A program made the translations under genes and the position numbers. 64,000 bases of DNA from an uncultured Acidobacteriota bacterium. Its GTDB lineage: Bacteria > Acidobacteriota > UBA6911. Shown one piece after another: positions 21,390 through 32,296 of the stretch (the stretch's first letter is position 1; every line of letters starts with the position of its first letter). Below the pieces are notes generated by a model. That model was not told where the DNA came from, ran no database searches, and worked only from the letters and a program-made list of their open reading frames with translations. The stretch spans positions 1 through 64,000 of the forward strand of contig CAWHCF010000038.1 of NCBI GenBank assembly GCA_963827655.1, written 5' to 3'.

Positions 21390-21930
21390 TGTTTTCTCCT
21401 GTATAATGAGGACCGGTCGAAAATGGCCGATCCCTGTTCTTTGACCTGCGTGGAATTGGTTTTGCCACTAAGGCTCATCCACGGCCTAGTTCAACGATCT
21501 AACTGCCTTTATCTACTAAAGCGGAAATTTGGCCCAAGACCTATCACCCCCTCGAAAAATTTCTTCTGGGTCCTTGCCGGCGGAGTACGAGGCGGCATCA
21601 AGAGATTGACAAATTTCCGCGGTCTGTGCCTGAGCCCGGCACATCGTTGTTGGGCAGCAACATTTTGCTCTGTGCCGGTATTCGATAGCATCGGCGTCCT
21701 TTGCAGTACGCAGGGCTGGCGACAAATACAGGGTTGCCGGCATCGCGGTGGCACTTTTACTCGGTGTGGTTGACCGGCTTTTCCTGGGTCGTGTTTACGA
21801 ACCTCCAGTCGTTAGGACCCTGGCTCGCCGACACGTGTCAAGGTCTGCTCGGCGTCCAAGCAACGTTTGATTGACTTGATTGGTTGGAGAGAGGTAACTT
21901 GCAAGGGGTATCTCGAAAGGAGTCAAGTTC

Positions 21931-23136
21931 ATGCATGTGCGTCCGTTTCTGTGCTTCCTGGCGCTTGTTGCAGTCATCGGTTGCACCAGCTCCAGAGCGC
22001 TTCAGACCGATGGCTCCAAGTCCAAGTCCAAGTGGCCGGAACATCCCGATTTCAAGCCGACTCCCGAGCAGGGACCGATGCCCAAGAGCCTGCTGGTTGT
22101 CAAGCGCGCGGACATCAAGAGAGCCAAATACCCGGCAATTGATTTTCACTTCCATGCCCAACTTCCGAAAACTGAAGACTACGTCAAAATGATCGCCGTC
22201 ATGGATAAGGCCGGCGTCGGAGTCCTGTGCAACATGAACGGCGGTCTGTACAAGACCCTGGACAAGAATCTCGAGGTCGGCAAGCCTTACAAGGACCGTA
22301 TCATCCATTTCGCCCGGCCCGTATGGGAGGGCATCAACCAACCCGGCTGGTCGGAAAAAACCGCGGCCGAGCTGGAGCGCGCCTTCCAGGTCGGGGCGCA
22401 GGGGCTGAAAATCAACAAGGCACTGGGACTGGAACTGAAAAACACCGACGGGACCTACATTCATTGCGACGACCCGCGATTGGATCCACTCTGGAAAATG
22501 TGCGCCAAGCACAACAAGCCCGTCATGATTCATGTGAGCGACCCGATCGCCCGCTTCCTTCCGATCGGCCCCGACAACGAACGCTACGAGGCGGGAAACT
22601 GGCGCAGCGACCCCGACGGTAACTACCATCGAACCGGTCAACCCCACTATAGCGAGATCTGGAAACACCAGGAAAACATGGTAGCCAGGCACCCCAACAC
22701 ACGCTTCGTGCTGGCTCATGTCGGGAACATGCCGGAGGACCTGGAACGGGCCGGAAAACTACTCGACAGGTTCCCCAACGCCGACATGGAGCTGTCCGCC
22801 CGTTTTCAAGATCTCGGCCGCCAGCCCTATACCGCCCGGAAATGGCTTATCAAGTACCAGGATCGGGTGCTGTTCGGCACCGACGGCAGTCCCGACCGCG
22901 AGGTAGAGCAATTCTGGACACCACATTGGCGATTTCTGGAAAGCGACGACGAAGACTTCGATCATCCGGCCCAGATGCTTTCTTCCCGTGGCGCTCCGCT
23001 GCAGGGACGCTGGAGAATCTACGGGGTCTTCCTGCCCGACGAGGTGTTGAAAAAGATCTACTATGAGAACGCACTGAAGTATTTGCCTTCGGTGCGTGAC
23101 TCAATCAAGAAACAGCTTGGTGGCAGGTCTTCTTAG
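21931..23136 (+). CDS. Amidohydrolase family protein (lipoprotein-like signal)
   Basis: IDFHFH, GAQGLKI, PVMIHVSDP, FVLAH, RVLFGTD, KKIYYENA. Confidence 0.85.
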   Translation: MHVRPFLCFLALVAVIGCTSSRALQTDGSKSKSKWPEHPDFKPTPEQGPMPKSLLVVKRADIKRAKYPAIDFHFHAQLPKTEDYVKMIAVMDKAGVGVLCNMNGGLYKTLDKNLEVGKPYKDRIIHFARPVWEGINQPGWSEKTAAELERAFQVGAQGLKINKALGLELKNTDGTYIHCDDPRLDPLWKMCAKHNKPVMIHVSDPIARFLPIGPDNERYEAGNWRSDPDGNYHRTGQPHYSEIWKHQENMVARHPNTRFVLAHVGNMPEDLERAGKLLDRFPNADMELSARFQDLGRQPYTARKWLIKYQDRVLFGTDGSPDREVEQFWTPHWRFLESDDEDFDHPAQMLSSRGAPLQGRWRIYGVFLPDEVLKKIYYENALKYLPSVRDSIKKQLGGRSS

Positions 23137-23177
23137 GCGTTTCTTAGTGTCTTTGAGTCTTAGTGGTATTTATAGTT

Positions 23178-24623
23178 ATGAGAGTGCTGCTGGTCTCCTG
23201 CTATGAGCTGGGTCATCAGCCCCTGGCCCTCGCCGGCCCGGCTGCGCACATTCTTGCCGAAACTCCTGCGGCAGTCGAATGCCTTGATCTTGCGGTAGAA
23301 CCCTTTGATGCCGGCAAGGTCGGACGCGCGGATATCGTGGGTATTTCTGTACCTATGCATACGGCTCTCAGGCTGGGCGTCAGAGCTGCTGCCAGGGTGC
23401 GTTCGTTGAATCCCACGTGCCATGTCTGTTTCTACGGACTCTATGCGTCCCTTAATAGAGATTACCTGTTGGGGCACGTTGCCGACAGCGTCATAGGAGG
23501 TGAGTACGAGCGCCCTTTGATCAATCTGGTCAAGTCATTGTCAAACGGCGCGGGTGTGACCGTCGATCTGGAAGGGGTTTCGACTCCGGCACAGCAGTCC
23601 GGTCCGTTTCTGGGTCGTCAGGTCTTCCTGCCTCCGACGCGAAGCCTTTTGCCTCCGCTGGAAAAATACGCCCGGCTGGACACGGGCGAAGGCTTCAAAC
23701 TCGTGGGATATGTGGAGGCCACCCGCGGCTGTCTTCACACCTGCCTGCATTGTCCGATCACGCCCGTTTATGAAGGGCGTCTTCGTGTCATCAAGGGTGA
23801 CATTCTCCGAAGGGATATAGCCGCCCTGGTCCAGATGGGCGCGCAGCACATCACCTTTGGTGATCCCGACTTCCTCAACGCGATCACTCACTCGCTTCGC
23901 GTCGCAAGACAGCTTCATGAAGACTTTCCCGACCTCACTTTCGACATGACCACGAAAGTGGAACATATCGTAAAACATCCGACCTTGTTCGAGGCGCTGC
24001 GCGAGCTCGGTTGCATTTTCGTCGTGAGTGCGGTCGAGTCGCTCAACGATCGAATTCTTCAATACCTGGAAAAGGGACATACGCGGGACGACGTCGTCGC
24101 AGCCCTGGAAATTACCCGTCAGGCGGGTATTGCCCTTCGACCGTCTCTAGTCTCATTCACTCCCTGGACCACCCTGGAGGATTACATCGACGTCCTGGAC
24201 TTCGTAGAAGAACACGGACTGATTTACCATGTCGATCCGGTGCAGTACTCGATCCGGCTCCTGGTTCCGCCCGGGTCGAGTCTGCTCGATGCCCCTCAAA
24301 TGAAACCTTTCCTGGGAGTGCTCAACCGGGAAACGTTCTCCTACGAATGGAAGCATCCCGATCCGCGGATGGACGCCCTCCAGGAGGCAGTCGGCGCGAT
24401 TGCCGAAGCGGCGACGCGCAGCAAGGAAGATCCGGCGTCGACTTTCGATAAGATCAGGGCTCTGGCGCTCTCGCTGAACGGGAACAGAAGTTTCTCCCCG
24501 CCGGCGGTGCGCAAGATTCCGAGAGCGGCTCGTCCAGCACAGCTGACAGAATCATGGTTCTGCTGAGCGGAACCGACGAGGGACCAGTTGGTCCCAGTGA
24601 CCGGGTTTCCCACGCAGTTCTGA
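23178..24623 (+). CDS. CUAEP-tail radical SAM selenoprotein (UGA at 24564-24566 read as Sec)
   Basis: MRVLLVSCYELGHQP start, CLHTCLHC cluster motif, ends TESWFC-UGA-AEPTRDQLVPVTGFPTQF*. Confidence 0.85.
24580..24595 (+). promoter_or_regulatory. Candidate bacterial SECIS hairpin
   Basis: GGGACC-AGUU-GGUCCC perfect stem starting 13 nt after the UGA. Confidence 0.6.
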
Positions 24624-24728
24624 CCAGCTTGAATTTCCTGGCTCATTACCTTTCTTGGCGTCTTAGTTGGTTGGTTCATAATTACGCTGACGTATTGTGT
24701 AGCGGTAGGAGTCGCTGTGTTGTCGCCT

Positions 24729-24765
24729 AGGGCCGAAGGCCCGTCAGTGAGTAGCCCGGCCCTGA
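24729..24765. repeat. Partial copy of the REP element at 42913
   Basis: AGGGCCGAAGGCCCGTCAGTGAGTAGCCC matches the reverse complement of the 43091 end. Confidence 0.55.
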
Positions 24766-24897
24766 ACTGGCAAAATGGGCTGTGTCGCGGCGTCAGACTT
24801 TGCAGAACCCATGCATGGCACGTATCAGCGTCCTGGTGGTCAGAACATCCCAAGGAGCGACACGCGAAGGAATCCGTTCGAAAGGCAGAGGAGAGTT

Positions 24898-25680
24898 GTG
24901 ATTATTGATTTCCATGCCCATTATCCGCGCCAGGAGAATTTCCTCCCTCGGCTGCTCGAAGCGCTGCCGCGCGCCGGCATTGATCGCATTTGCCTCTGTT
25001 CGGCCGGCGAGAATTTCGGCCACGTCTCTAATGAAGAAGTGCGGGCGGCCTTCGAGCATCACCCGGACCGTGTCATTGGCCTGGCCCTGGTGAGGTTGGG
25101 AATAGATCCGCCCGAACTCGTGGACGAGTACGTGCGTCAGGGATTCAAGGGGATCAAAACTACCAATCCGACTTTGCCCTACGATGATCCATCCTTCTAC
25201 CCGTATTACGAGCGGATAGAACAGCATCAGCTCCCCGTACTTTTTCACACCGGCATCGTCGCCCGCACCGAAGGGGATCGCGAACTGCGAGTCAGCTCGA
25301 TGAAAATGCAGCCCGGGCGCTTGGATGCCGTCGCTCGAGCATTCCCGCAATTGAATATTGTTGCCGCCCACCTGGGAGTGCCCTGGTATGAGGAAGCTTC
25401 AATGCTGGCGCGCATTCACCCGAACTTCTATGTCGATCTGACCGGGGCATGGTGGGGTGGCTGGCGGGCTAACAAGGGACCTGATTTCTACCGGTATCAC
25501 TTCTTCTGGCCCGGCGCCTGGGAGAAGATAGTGTTTGGGACCGATATCCTGCGAGTCGAGGAGCTCGAACCCGCAAAACAAATTCACGACCGCATCTTTG
25601 AAGCTCTGGACCTCGATCGTGGGACCCTGGACAAGATCTATGGCGGCACTGCGGCGCGCCTGTTGCACCTGCAGATTTAA
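24898..25680 (+). CDS. Amidohydrolase_2 family metal-dependent hydrolase
   Basis: GAGGAG RBS, IIDFHAH, GFKGIK, PVLFHTG, IVAAHLG, IVFGTD. Confidence 0.85.
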   Translation: MIIDFHAHYPRQENFLPRLLEALPRAGIDRICLCSAGENFGHVSNEEVRAAFEHHPDRVIGLALVRLGIDPPELVDEYVRQGFKGIKTTNPTLPYDDPSFYPYYERIEQHQLPVLFHTGIVARTEGDRELRVSSMKMQPGRLDAVARAFPQLNIVAAHLGVPWYEEASMLARIHPNFYVDLTGAWWGGWRANKGPDFYRYHFFWPGAWEKIVFGTDILRVEELEPAKQIHDRIFEALDLDRGTLDKIYGGTAARLLHLQI

Positions 25681-25682
25681 TT

Positions 25683-25750
25683 AGGGACGTCCCACACGTT
25701 TCCTATTTTTTTGTCACTGCAAGAAATCGGGAAACGTGTGGGACGTCCCT
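25683..25750. repeat. Perfect 21-bp inverted repeat (REP-like or terminator)
   Basis: AGGGACGTCCCACACGTTTCC ... GGAAACGTGTGGGACGTCCCT. Confidence 0.8.
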
Positions 25751-25774
25751 GATTTAATTTATACTACGCGAATC

Positions 25775-27034
25775 TTGACCGGCACATCTCAACTCACATC
25801 GAGAGCACGCTGGCGGATTGTGGCCCTATTATCGGCCTCGATTGCCATCAACCTGGTCGATCGCCAGGTGCTGTCGGTTGTAGCGCCGGTAATCCGCGAG
25901 GAGTTCAAGTTCAGTAATACCCACTATTCGTACATCGTTTTTGCCTTCCAGCTGGGCATGTTTGCCGGCCAGCTCCCCGCGGGCTGGCTTATGGATTCTA
26001 TCGGGACACGCCTCGGACTGGTTTTGATCTTCATCGGCTGGTCGGCCACAAACGGCTTGCATGCCCTGGCGCGCGGCATGGGGAGCTTCGTGGGACTTCG
26101 CTTCCTGATGGGACTGACCGAATGCGGAAACTATAGCGGCGGGATCAAGACCATTTCCGGCTTGTTCGGCCCCGAACGGCGGGCGCTGGCGGGAGGCATC
26201 TTCAATGCGGGGGCACAGCTGGGTTCCATCGTCGCGCCACCCCTCATTGTTTTCATCACCTTGAAGTTTGGCTGGCGGATGGCGTTCCTGGTGCCAAGCC
26301 TTCTCGGTCTGCTCTGGATCATCCCATGGCTTGGATTATTTCCCCGCGACCTTGCGGCGCGCTCCGCAACGAGCCCTTCATCACAGATCGGATTCAAGAC
26401 ATTACTTGCCTGCTCGCAGGTTCGGGGACTGTTCTTGATGCGTGTCTTCTCAGGACCGCTGAGCAGCTTCTACTGGTACTGGATGCCCGAATATCTACGT
26501 CATGGACGCGGCATGTCGTTCGTCATGATCGGAATGCTTGCCTGGCTTCCTTATGTTTTCGGAAGCCTGGGCAATCTCGCGGGCGGATTCTTCTCGGATT
26601 ACTTGATTCGCCGGGGCGCGAGCCTGGACCGGGCCAGAAAAGCCGGTTTCAGCGTCGGCGCCGGGCTCTCGGCGTTGAGCCTGACTTTGCCGTTAGCGCC
26701 CGGCCATGTCGCGGCCGTGGCCATTATTTGCCTGATTGTCTTCGGTATGAACTGGATGGCGGCGACCTACATCGGAACCGTCGGCGACATTTTCCCGGAA
26801 GGAGTTGTGGGACGCGTGAACGGAATTGCCGGGGCCGGCGACAGCGGTATGGGCATGATCACCATGCTGCTCACGGGAATCGTGGTGGATCGCTTTTCGT
26901 ATTTTCCGGTTCTGATTGCTGCTGGCATTCTTCCGCTGCTCGCGCTGGCGAGCATTTTCTTCGTCGTGCGGCGCATCGAGCCCGTTCAGCTCCCGCTTAT
27001 GGAAGACAGCGAGCCGGTGCACGCAGCACGGTGA
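25775..27034 (+). CDS. MFS transporter, ExuT/hexuronate-like
   Basis: RWRIVALL...INLVDRQVLSV, GWLMDSIGTR, ERRALAGGIFNAGA, about 12 hydrophobic segments. Confidence 0.85.
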   Translation: MTGTSQLTSRARWRIVALLSASIAINLVDRQVLSVVAPVIREEFKFSNTHYSYIVFAFQLGMFAGQLPAGWLMDSIGTRLGLVLIFIGWSATNGLHALARGMGSFVGLRFLMGLTECGNYSGGIKTISGLFGPERRALAGGIFNAGAQLGSIVAPPLIVFITLKFGWRMAFLVPSLLGLLWIIPWLGLFPRDLAARSATSPSSQIGFKTLLACSQVRGLFLMRVFSGPLSSFYWYWMPEYLRHGRGMSFVMIGMLAWLPYVFGSLGNLAGGFFSDYLIRRGASLDRARKAGFSVGAGLSALSLTLPLAPGHVAAVAIICLIVFGMNWMAATYIGTVGDIFPEGVVGRVNGIAGAGDSGMGMITMLLTGIVVDRFSYFPVLIAAGILPLLALASIFFVVRRIEPVQLPLMEDSEPVHAAR

Positions 27035-27205
27035 GTACAGGCGTTGCGATAACGTATTTGGAGTGTGGTAGCTTGCTAAGCTTGCTACCGCCGTGGTTTG
27101 GCGAAGCTTGCTTCGCCTTGTGCGACTACGGTTTGCACACCCAAAAAGCCACCGGGAATAAGTTACTTGGTACTGCTGTTCGCAATTACGGTAAGTAACT
27201 TATTT
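27035..27205. repeat. Composite REP/MITE-end cluster
   Basis: GTACAGGCGTTGCGATAACG end, GGAGTGTGGTAGCTTGCTA-AGCTTGCTACCGC palindrome with tandem duplication, GCGAAGCTTGCTTCGC, AATAAGTTACTT...AAGTAACTTATT. Confidence 0.6.
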
Positions 27206-27264
27206 TGGAGCAGTTGAGGCCTGAAGACAACTGAGGTTGTCTGTCGCCGCGATCGAAGTGTGAT

Positions 27265-27505
27265 CGCCGCCTGCGGCTGCATGGCATCATCGAGCGCATT
27301 CCCGGAAGTCATCGCTACCAACTCACGTCGAACGGTCTGCGCATCGCGCTGTTCTTCTCCAGAACCTATGTTCGGCTTGTTGCGCCCCAAACTTGCCGAA
27401 ATCATGCCCCAGGCTCCGCCTTTGTCCTCCGCACTCCGTGTCGCCTTCGACCGCCTCGAATCCGCAATCGAAGCCTGCTGTAAGGAGGGAAGACTCGCTG
27501 CCTAA
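27265..27505 (+). pseudogene. C-terminal remnant of a putative mobile-element protein
   Basis: RRLRLHGIIERIPGSHRYQLTSNGLRIALFFSRTY.RLLRPKLAE...GRLAA*, then AACTTGACTCA; winged-helix tail that I recall from multicopy hypothetical IS-like proteins. Confidence 0.5.
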
Positions 27506-27819
27506 ACTTGACTCAATTCTCGTTGAAATCCCTGGGAAAAGGACTCTAGTACGAGTGGTCCGTCTGCCGCACAGTAGCTCTCGGCGAGCCAAATGTTTTT
27601 CGTCGGAATCTCGCGTCCGTTCGGTTAACTTGCCCAGCCCCGAATCGGCCGAAAGAGTATCGACTGAAGTTTGACGTCGTTCCCTGCAAAATTCCGTGCA
27701 ATCGGGCACCGTGAAAATCGGACAAGATACGTCGCGGGGCCACCCGGAATTCAACTCTTCAGCCGGATCTCGACCCTAATGTTATGTTAATCGACGAGCG
27801 GATCGCCGTGTAGTGCTGA

Positions 27820-30800
27820 TCAAAGTTCGCGCACGTCTTTGGAAGAAAGCAATGTGTTCCGCGGGTTATCCTCACGAATCGAGTCCGCCAGGGACCGCAC
27901 CACCGCCTGCGCGCGCGCGCGCAGGGCATCCCGGACGGAGGCGTCTCTGCGCCGGCCGGCCAGCTCCGCGGCGGCCTTGAGGATTTTCCACTCGATCATC
28001 GGACAAGGAAACTGCTCGATCAACCGCAGCGCAGCATCATATTCCCGCGCCGCATTCTCGAGCTGCTCTTCCAGGACGGCGATGTCACCTTGCAGCTTGT
28101 GCGCCCAGACCCTGCGCTTGGGGTTTTTGCCTTCGAGCGAGAGAGCGGCATGCTGGCCGGCCTGTTTGAGATCGCCCTGTGTGATCCAGTAGCTCGCGAG
28201 CTCTGCCTGAAGGCGCGGCTGGTAGACCCAGCGGAACCAAAAGTCCGTGCTGTGGAGTTGTTCGCCTTGCCGGAGGTGCTCCAGGGCGCGTGTCGGCTCG
28301 CCTAGCGCCAGATGGTCCCGCGCCGCGTTAATGTGGGAGTTGCACTCGCCTTCTACATCGCCGAATTCCCGGGCCATTTGAGCCGCTTCTGTGTCCAGCC
28401 GCAGCGCTGCCTCCAGGTCCTGCGCCTCCCCAAGGAGCCACGCCTGCGTATTGCCGAGACGGGGCGGCCAACGCCGGTTGCCGACGCGTTCTGCCAGGCT
28501 CGTAGCTTCTCTGAGCACGTCCAGCGCGTCGGAGATCCGGCCGCGGTTGCCGAGAACTCTGCCTTTGTGAAAGAGCGCCCTCAGTCTGTCGTCGCAGGCA
28601 CCACCCAGCTCCTGTGCCCTGGAGTCAGCCCAGTCCAGTGCACGCTCCGCGTCATCGTATTGCGACAGCATGGCATGAATACTCCCCCGGAAAGAGACGG
28701 CGGCGATGGTTAGCAAAGGCGGTCCGCTCCGGCGCAATACAGGAATGGCCCGGTCAAACAATGTTTCGGCTTCGGCAATCTGACCGGCGCACCACCGGGT
28801 ACAAGCTAAAATAAACCCACTCGCGGCCATGGCGGTGTCGGACCCCACAAGCCGGGCGAGTTCGAACGCACGCTCCCCTTCTTTCTGAGCTTCCGCCACA
28901 AGCTTCTTGTAGAAGAAAAGCACGGCCGCCTTGCTGCAGATAGCCTTGATTTGCACGTCGCGGTCTGCCGACTCGCCGGCCGCGCGCTCGGCGAGATCGA
29001 AAGCGGCAATCGCATCGTCGTACCGCGACATGTCCTGATAAAGCGGCCCCATTTCGAGAGCGGCTGCCAGGACACGCGTATGCCGCTCAGACCCCTTCAA
29101 TCTTTCCGCATCGGCGCCGGCGCGCTGGGAAAGCGCGACGGCTTCAGGATAGGCATAAACGCGGGCGGCGTTCCGGGCTGCTTGAAGGAAGTGATCCGAA
29201 GAGCGGGCAAAGTCCCGGGCGTCGTGGAACAAAAGTGCCAGTTCCGACGCCACCTCGGCGCTTCGCGCCGCGTAAAACTCCATCAGAGCGTGCGCGACGG
29301 CGCCGCTGAGCCTGGCCTTGCGCGTCGTCGCCAGCGAGGCCTGCAGAGCATTTTGATAGAGTACGTGCACGAACGAGTAGCGCAGGGTCAACGTCGAGTC
29401 GGGAAACTCCCGTTCGCCGATTAATCGCACTAGGCCGTGCAATCGTTCCAGCGCTTCCAGCCGCTCCTCAACCTCCGCCGGGTCGATCGCCAGAGCCTTG
29501 GCTAAGATGGCCGAGTCGAACTCGTGCCCCTGCACAGCAGCGGCGGCAGCCAGGCGGCGAGCCGGTTCGTCGAGCTGATCGATCTCTCTCTCGATCATGC
29601 TGCGCACCGACTCGGGCATTTCACCCTTGATCTTCGGCAAGGGCCGTGCCAGGGTCCACCGGCCATCCACCTGGGCGATGACTTCGCGATCCCGGAGGTA
29701 GCGTACAAGATCGACCATGAAGAGCGCGTTACCCTCGGTCGTGCCATGGATAGAAATCGCCAGATCGGCCGGAAAAGAATGCTCGGGGAAGTGGAGCCCC
29801 AGGTATTGTTCGACGTCCCCTGAGCTGAGGAAGTTGAGCGCAAGTTCGCGGCAGGCTCCGTGCGCCTGCAGCTCCTGCCGCACTTGAAGGAATGGATGCT
29901 TGGCCAACCGCAGGTCAGAAGGGCGATATGTCGCGACGATCAACACCCGCATCGCTGCGATGCGGCTTCCGGCATAGGCGATCAGATCTACCGTGGAAAC
30001 ATCAGCCCAATGCATGTTGTCAAAGAAGAGCACAAGCGGCTGGAGCCGGCTGACTTCCTCGAAGAACGCCAGGAGTTCACGTTTCAGGCGCGCCTGCGAC
30101 GCCGCTTTGACGTCGGCAAGCACAAGGGAGTCGGATGAATCGTGCGCGGAGAGAGGGACGATCTGGACATACCAGGTCGGCGCCACCAGCTTCAGGAGCC
30201 GCGTCACCGGGTCGCCGCCGCTGCGAATCAGGCTCTCGAGAGCTTCGAGTAGCGGCAGGTAAGCCTCGCTTCCCGCCAGCCGCTCCGAGCACCGCCCCTT
30301 TGCAACGTAACAGGCTCCGCTCTGGTCGCGCAGTTGGATCGAGAAATCCTCGATCAGCGTGCTCTTGCCGATGCCGGCCTCTCCGGCCACGCAAAGTACG
30401 AGCCCCCTGCCCTCGGATGCTGACTGGAACGCAGCTCCCAGTTCGGCCAATTCCTTCTTGCGCCCCACCGTGAGTCGCCGGACGGGGCCGCGCGCCGGCG
30501 CCTCTGTTCGCGGTAAGACTACTTGTCCGGCCAGTTGTGCCAGGCCGCGATACACTTCCCCGGCGGAAGGGCGCAGCCGCGAATCTCTTTCCAACATGCG
30601 CAGGATCAGGTCTTCCGATTCTCGAGATATCTCGGGCCTGAGCCGCGAGGGCGGCAATGGTTTCTCTGACAGGATCGCGTTCAAGACGCCGAGGTTCGAA
30701 TCCGCCTCGAAGGGATGACGGCCGGCGGCCAGCTCGTAGAGCAGAATGCCGAGAAAAAATATCGCTGGCTGGAGGCGCACTCTCTCCCAGGACCTGTTCG

Positions 30801-31354
30801 GGCGACATGTACCGAATCGTTCCCACGAGCGTTCCAGGAATGGTCGGGACCTCTGTGGCGGTCGCTGACGCGACATGGCTGCCGGCGGGAAGCACACGCG
30901 CCAAGCCGAAATCGAGGACCTTCACGTAGCCATCCTCGCGCACCATCACGTTTTCCGGCTTGATGTCGCGGTGCACGACGCCGGCGGCGTGTGCCACTGA
31001 CAGCGCTTTGGCCACCTCGTTGCCCAAACGCCAGACCTCGCGTAAAGGCAACCCTTCGGCGGCCAAGGCACGCAGGGTCCGGCCGTGCACCCATTCCATG
31101 ACGAGGAAAAACCCCGCTTCGGTTTCGCCGATGTCGTAGACGGTGACGATGTTGGGGTGATTCAGAGCGGAAGCGGCGCGCGCCTCTCTTTGGAATCGCT
31201 CGACGGAAACACGATCCTGCACCTTGTGCGCGGGCAGGAATTTCAGAGCGACCACGCGGCCAAGGCGCGTGTCCTCAGCCCCGTAAACCTCGCCCATGCC
31301 GCCCCGGCCCAGCTCGGACGTAATGCGGTAGTGGGATACAGTCCTGCCTATCAT
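27820..31354 (-). CDS. Ser/Thr protein kinase - AAA ATPase - TPR-like multidomain protein (frameshift in the A-run near 30755)
   Basis: LGRGGMGEVY, VALK, HRDIKPEN, DFGLA, GTIRYMSPEQ; TVGR..EL, GEAGIGKST; helical C-terminus. Confidence 0.88.
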
Positions 31355-31774
31355 CCTGGAGCCCTTAGAGGCCTGATAATAGCACATCTGGCCGTACCGA
31401 TCGCCGTCGCTGCAACGGGTTTTCGAGGGATACCCAGGCCGACAACCTGCGTTCGACTACCAGGATTTCGCAACAGCCTCGCCTTCGAGCGCGATTCTGA
31501 CATTATTATCTAGATGTCCAACCCGAATACATACTGGAGCTCATTCACGTCGCGTCCGATGAGCGAGCCGCAATCATTCTGCCCGAGACAGGTATCGTAG
31601 TCACATGCAAGCAACTCCGCGACCAGGTGACTGAAATGGCCGACGCGCTCGCGGCGCTCGGCATTCAAGAGGAGAGCGCATAGTAAAAACAAGCTGCGGT
31701 TTTGTCGCGCAGCCTCCATAGCCCCCTGGGATGAATCCCTGATGCTTCTGATATGGGTGTTATGTCAGCTGCGA

Positions 31775-32001
31775 GCTGTGGATCTTACGCCTCTGCGAAC
31801 TTCAACTCGCCCGGCTCGGGGCTATTACCTGGACGTGGGATGGGGAACCTATGGCTTCAAGGCTGCCCCGGGAGCGTGGAAAAACCTGGCCGAGCTGATT
31901 GCGACAGGCAGGACCCCGAACGCATCCGTCACTTTGCCTACACGCGCTTCCGTGAAGGAAAGCTGGTCGGTGAGAAGGCTGCTGCCGCATTCTCGTCCTG
32001 A
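31775..32001 (+). pseudogene. C-terminal remnant of a sarcosine-oxidase-beta-like FAD oxidoreductase
   Basis: YYLDVGWGTYGFKAAP...LAELIATGRTP / IRHFAYTRFREGKLVGEKAAAAFSS*. Confidence 0.65.
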
Positions 32002-32095
32002 AAAGAACGATAGGTGTTTGTGCTCGTGCCGCTCTTGGTGCTCGAGAGAGCGCGCTTCACCCGTAGAGGCGTGCGGGCGGGCCTCACGATGTGAG

Positions 32096-32247
32096 TCAAA
32101 GCTGCCAGGAAATCGGGGTCTCGGGAGCGTAGGTGCAGAAGTAGCCTGTCTTGATGGAGTGGCTCAAGTGCTTGCCCAGAGCAGGGTGGGCGGCCCGGAT
32201 CTTCTTGATGGCGCTCCGAATGCGCCACGTCACCGCGGAGCGGGCCG
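32096..32247 (-). pseudogene. C-terminal remnant of a regulator/ATPase-TPR protein
   Basis: ARSAVTWRIRSAIKKIRAAHPALGKHLSHSIKTGYFCTYAPETPISWQL*, a tail that I recall from large regulators. Confidence 0.55.
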
Positions 32248-32296
32248 ACGTGAAACGCGCGGGTCTAGCCAACTTACCGTATTATGAAACCGCGTA

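Noticed and set aside
21402-21407. TATAAT -10 box for the precursor gene
   Set aside because: It is on the plus strand, opposite to the precursor, and adjacent to its RBS.
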